From: Armatimonadota bacterium
GTDB lineage: Bacteria > Armatimonadota > Zipacnadia > Zipacnadales > UBA5352
Reading direction: 5' to 3'
Assembly: GCA_034722055.1 (NCBI GenBank)
Contig: JAYENL010000234.1
Coordinates: 1 to 25,787, forward strand
Length of the DNA: 25,787 nt
Both the position numbers and the translations under genes were made by a program. The notes beneath the pieces are model-generated. The model worked only from the letters and a program-made list of their open reading frames with translations, was not told where the DNA came from and made no database searches. Positions 22,301 through 25,787 of this stretch are shown here, piece after piece; within the stretch, counting starts at the first letter, position 1, and every line of letters begins with the position of its first letter.

Positions 22301-24898
22301 ATGAATCGAAGACGGTGGGCCCTCGTCGGCGCAGCGCTCGGGGTCGCACTGCTGGTGCAGGTGGCCGTGGCCGCGCCAATCGTCGAGACGCTCGACAACG
22401 GCTGCCGCCTGATCGTCGAAGTCGATCGCTCCCGACCGGTGGCCGCCTTCCGTATCTATGTGGGCGCCGGGTCCATCTATGAGGGCCGCTGGCTGGGCGC
22501 CGGCATCAGCCACTTCGTGGAGCACACCATCAGCAAGGGCAGCGAGAGCCGCTCTCGGGCCGAGATCGAGGTGGCCCTGGACGAGTTGGGCAACACCTAC
22601 AACGCCTACACGACCAAGGACCACACCTGCTACTACATCACCACCGCCGGCGATCTCATTGCCGACGCCATCGACGCCGTCTCCGACTTCGTCCTCCACC
22701 CCACCTTTCCTGAGGAGGAGGTCGAGACCCAGCGCGGCATCATCCTTCGGGAGATGGCTATGGGTGAGGATCAGCCTGCCCGGCGCATCCACCACCTCAT
22801 GACCATGACGATGTTCACCACCCATCCCTACCGCTACCGCATCATCGGGTACCCGGAGGTCTTCGAGGAGCTAACCCGCGAGGACCTGGCCACCTTCCAT
22901 CGCCAGCTCTGCGTTCCCAGCAACATGGTGGCCGTTGCGGTGGGCGACTTCGACGGCGAGGAGGTGCTGGCGCAGCTTCGAGACATCTTCGCCTCCATGC
23001 CTCGCCAGCCCAAGCCGGCTACGGAGCTTGCAAGCGAGCCCCAGCAGATCGCCCCTCGCAGACGCGTCGTCGAGGATGAGGCCGTCCAGCGCGCCTACCT
23101 GCGCATCGCCTGGCACACCATCGACATCTTCCACCCCGACCTCTATGCGCTTGACACGCTCTCCTATTACCTCACCGGCGGCGAGTCCTCCGTCCTCGTG
23201 CGCAAGCTCCGCGACGAGTTGGGACTGGTGGACTCCATCGGCAGCTACTCCGCCACTCCCGCCTACGACGCCGGGCACTTCGTCTTCACCGCGGTCCTCG
23301 ATCCCGCGAACCTCGAGCGCGTGGAGGAGGAGATCCTCGCTGAGCTGAAGGCCGCCCGCCGCCATCCCCCGGCCGGCCGGGAGCTGGAGCGCGTCAAGCG
23401 CCAGGTGCAGGCCAGTGAGGTCTATGCCCAGGAGACCGCCGAGGGCCGCGCCTCTGCGCTGGGCCGCGATCTCATGGTCACCGGCGATGTGGAGTTCTCC
23501 CGCAAGTATGTCGAGGGCATCCTGGCGGTGAGGCCGCGCGAGGTGGCGCAGGTCGCGCGGAAGTACTTCGACCCCGAGCGCATGACAGTGGCCGTCCTCC
23601 GGCCGCCTGAGGATGAGGAGGAGGAAGAGGTCCGGCCCGAGCGCGCCGGACGGCCGCGGACCCACCTCCGCCAGCTCGATAACGGGCTGACTGTGGTGGT
23701 GCGCGAGAATCACGCCATCCCCGTCGTCAGCATCGTCACCGCAACCCTCGGCGGGCTGCGCTACGAGACCGACGAGACCGCTGGCGTCACGGCCCTGATG
23801 GCACAAATGCTGGTGCGCGGCACGCAGACGCGCACGCGCCAGGAGATCGCCGAGCGGGTGGATCGCCTGGGCGGAAGCCTGGAGCCCTACTCCGGCCGCA
23901 ACAGCTTCGGGCTCACCGCACACTTCCTCTCCGGCGACCTGCCCGCCGCCGCAGAGCTGACCGTTGACGCTCTCTTCCATCCCACCTTCCCGACCGATGA
24001 GCTGGAGCGTCAGAAGCAGCTCACGCTCGCTGCCATCCAGTCCCGCAAGGACAACGTCGAAGCCTGGGCCTACAGCAAAGTCCTCGAGGAGCTCTTCACC
24101 CTCCACCCCTACCGCTATATGCCCAACGGCACCGAGGAGTCCGTGAGCGCTCTCACCGCCGAGGACCTCCGGCGCTTCCACAAGGCCTACGCCCGACCGT
24201 CCGCTACCGCCGTCGTCATCGCCGGAGACGTGCAGCCGGAGGAGGCCTTCGCGCAGATCGAGCGCCTGGCCGGCGGCCTGACTGGCGAGCTGCAGGAGCC
24301 GCCCTCGGTCCCAGGGGAGCCGCCGATCCAGCAGCCCCGCACGGAGGTCATCGAGCGCCCCCAGCAGCAGGCCATCGTCGCCTACGGCTTTCACGGCATC
24401 ACGGTCGATGATCCCCGCCGGGAGATCCTCGATGTCCTGGACGCCGTGATCTCCGGTTCCGGCATGCCGGGCGGGCGGCTGCACGAGGCGCTTCGCGGGC
24501 AGCAGCTCGTCTATTTCGTCCACGGCGTGCCGCTGCTGGGGCTCGACCCGGGGGCCTTCATCATCTACGCCGGCACCCGGCCGGAGTCTGTCCAGACCGT
24601 CCGCGGTGAGATCGAGCGCATCGTCCGGAGCATCGCCGAGGAGCCCCCCTCCGACGAGGAGCTTGAGCGGGCCAAGCAGATGGCCATCGCCGCCGACCGC
24701 GTCTCCCTGCAGACCAACTCCGCGCTGGCTCAGACCATCGCCCTGGACGTCATCTACGGCCTCGGCGCGGACAACTGGGAGGGCTACGCCGAGCGCATCG
24801 AAGCCGTCACCGCACAGCAGGTCCAGGAGCTGGCAAGCGAGATCCTCGACCTCAACCGCACGGCGGTCGTCGTCACCCGGCCGCCGGCCGAGCAGTAG
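22301..24898 (+). CDS. Secreted M16 family (pitrilysin/insulinase-like) zinc metallopeptidase, two fused M16 halves
   Basis: Signal peptide MNRRRWALVGAALGVALLVQVAVA|AP. Motifs TLDNG, GISHFVEH (inverted HxxEH), NAYTTKDHTCY and ILRE. The second half restarts at LDNGLTVVV and has GVTALMAQML in place of the zinc motif. Confidence 0.95.
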   Translation: MNRRRWALVGAALGVALLVQVAVAAPIVETLDNGCRLIVEVDRSRPVAAFRIYVGAGSIYEGRWLGAGISHFVEHTISKGSESRSRAEIEVALDELGNTYNAYTTKDHTCYYITTAGDLIADAIDAVSDFVLHPTFPEEEVETQRGIILREMAMGEDQPARRIHHLMTMTMFTTHPYRYRIIGYPEVFEELTREDLATFHRQLCVPSNMVAVAVGDFDGEEVLAQLRDIFASMPRQPKPATELASEPQQIAPRRRVVEDEAVQRAYLRIAWHTIDIFHPDLYALDTLSYYLTGGESSVLVRKLRDELGLVDSIGSYSATPAYDAGHFVFTAVLDPANLERVEEEILAELKAARRHPPAGRELERVKRQVQASEVYAQETAEGRASALGRDLMVTGDVEFSRKYVEGILAVRPREVAQVARKYFDPERMTVAVLRPPEDEEEEEVRPERAGRPRTHLRQLDNGLTVVVRENHAIPVVSIVTATLGGLRYETDETAGVTALMAQMLVRGTQTRTRQEIAERVDRLGGSLEPYSGRNSFGLTAHFLSGDLPAAAELTVDALFHPTFPTDELERQKQLTLAAIQSRKDNVEAWAYSKVLEELFTLHPYRYMPNGTEESVSALTAEDLRRFHKAYARPSATAVVIAGDVQPEEAFAQIERLAGGLTGELQEPPSVPGEPPIQQPRTEVIERPQQQAIVAYGFHGITVDDPRREILDVLDAVISGSGMPGGRLHEALRGQQLVYFVHGVPLLGLDPGAFIIYAGTRPESVQTVRGEIERIVRSIAEEPPSDEELERAKQMAIAADRVSLQTNSALAQTIALDVIYGLGADNWEGYAERIEAVTAQQVQELASEILDLNRTAVVVTRPPAEQ

Positions 24899-24917
24899 CC
24901 TGGAGGGACATCGACTC

Positions 24918-25493
24918 ATGGCCGGAGACGATGAGCTGACACGAGCGAGCGACTACTCCGCGCTGGTTGGTCAGGAGATCTGCGATGCACTGGCCCGAAC
25001 CGATGACCAACAGGTCGAGGCGCTCCTGGACATGATCGAGGAGGCCCGCAGCATCTTCGTCGCAGGCGCCGGGCGCAGCGGGATGATGATGAGCGCCTTC
25101 GCCATGCGTCTGATGCACATCGGCTTCGCCTCATACGTGGTCGGCGAGAGCACGACGCCCGCCATCGAGGCCGGCGACCTGCTCATCGCCGGCAGCGGCT
25201 CGGGACGCACCAGCATGACCCACGCGGCAGTGGAGGCGGCGGCCGCACGCGGGGCGCGCACGGCCGTGATCACCGGTCATCCGGACTCACCGCTGGCCCG
25301 GGCCGCTGACCACTGCGTGCACCTGCAGGCCCCGGTGGTCTTCATCAACGACCAGCGACCCACCCGGCAGCCGCCCGGCACGCTCTTCGAGCAGTGCCTG
25401 CTCGCTCAGTGTGACGCCATGATCCTGATGCTGATGCACAGGAGGGGGACAACAGAGGAGACTATCCGCCGCCGGCACACCAAGTTCGAGTAG
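24918..25493 (+). CDS. hxlB: 6-phospho-3-hexuloisomerase-like SIS domain protein (~191 aa)
   Basis: IFVAGAGRSG...FAMRLMHIG, VVGESTTPAI, GSGSGRT, PGTLFEQ, C-terminal RRHTKFE (cf. RHANLE). Start reassigned to ATG 24918 after the GGAGG RBS. Confidence 0.85.
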   Translation: MAGDDELTRASDYSALVGQEICDALARTDDQQVEALLDMIEEARSIFVAGAGRSGMMMSAFAMRLMHIGFASYVVGESTTPAIEAGDLLIAGSGSGRTSMTHAAVEAAAARGARTAVITGHPDSPLARAADHCVHLQAPVVFINDQRPTRQPPGTLFEQCLLAQCDAMILMLMHRRGTTEETIRRRHTKFE

Positions 25494-25530
25494 GAGGGCC
25501 GGCGCCGAGCCCCGAAGGAATACGCAACAC

Positions 25531-25787
25531 ATGACTGCACAATCCGAGCTGGGAGATACGGACGTCATCGCAGCAGCCACTGAGGAAGTCACTGCGCGTT
25601 CGCGGGCCCGCAGGATCCTCGCTATCTCCGCCATCGCACTGGCCACTATCCTCCTGGCGGGCGCCGTGGCGCTGCTGGTGGCCACGCACAGTTGGGTGGC
25701 CAGCGGCACCATCGCCCCGAACGTGACCATCGCCGGGCTCGACGTCTCCGGCATGGCCCGGCAGGAGGCCCTCGGTGCCCTGCGCAC
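25531..25787 (+). CDS. Membrane-anchored VanW/YoaR-like (putative peptidoglycan-binding domain) protein, 5' part only
   Basis: Manual translation: MTAQSELG...RARRILAISAIALATILLAGAVALLVATHSW...IAPNVTIAGLDVSGMARQEA. A single TM helix is followed by the I-x-x-x-V-x-I-x-G-x-D-V-S-G-x-x-x-x-E-A motif typical of VanW/YoaR and L,D-transpeptidase N-termini. Open at the window edge. Confidence 0.7.
   Translation, partial: MTAQSELGDTDVIAAATEEVTARSRARRILAISAIALATILLAGAVALLVATHSWVASGTIAPNVTIAGLDVSGMARQEALGALR

Noticed and set aside
22301..22325. Possible Tat signal (NRRRW) on the M16 peptidase
   Set aside because: Lacks the S/T-R-R-x-F-L consensus. It fits an ordinary Sec signal equally well.
24606..24917. 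N-terminal extension of the hxlB-like ORF
   Set aside because: Overlaps the M16 peptidase in another frame. A GGAGG RBS precedes ATG 24918.
1..25787. CRISPR arrays, tRNA/rRNA genes, IS elements, DGR-like template/variable repeats, invertible segments
   Set aside because: By eye I saw no regularly spaced or long nucleotide repeats, no transposase, recombinase or reverse transcriptase motifs, and no structural RNA signatures. A dot-plot and Rfam scan would be needed to exclude weak cases.

Overview
High-GC (roughly 68-70% by eye) bacterial window. The gene architecture suggests Armatimonadota, which is an inference. Most of the window (1-18960, minus strand) is one co-oriented type IV pilus (T4aP-like) locus behind a perfect TTGACA-N18-TATAAT promoter. 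It runs pilB (with an MshEN c-di-GMP module), pilT, pilC, pilD, then five prepilin-type genes: two paralogous ~250-aa pilins with a CxxH-X17-DG tail and three unusually large PilV-, PilW- and PilX-like proteins of 553, 639 and 961 aa. These are followed by a ~1697-aa secreted DUF4159-like/PQQ-propeller/NHL-propeller protein in the PilY1 position and a further secreted protein cut by the window edge. Upstream on the same strand lie comF (with a possible sigmaH-like promoter) and a GH51 alpha-L-arabinofuranosidase. Divergently transcribed are a secreted M16 zinc peptidase, an hxlB-like SIS isomerase and the start of a VanW/YoaR-like membrane protein. The main novelty candidate is the oversized, modular pilus-tip complex: giant minor pilins with a shared repeated beta-module, zinc-ribbon-like Cys clusters and GspG-like Ca-binding loops, plus a non-canonical PilY1 analogue.
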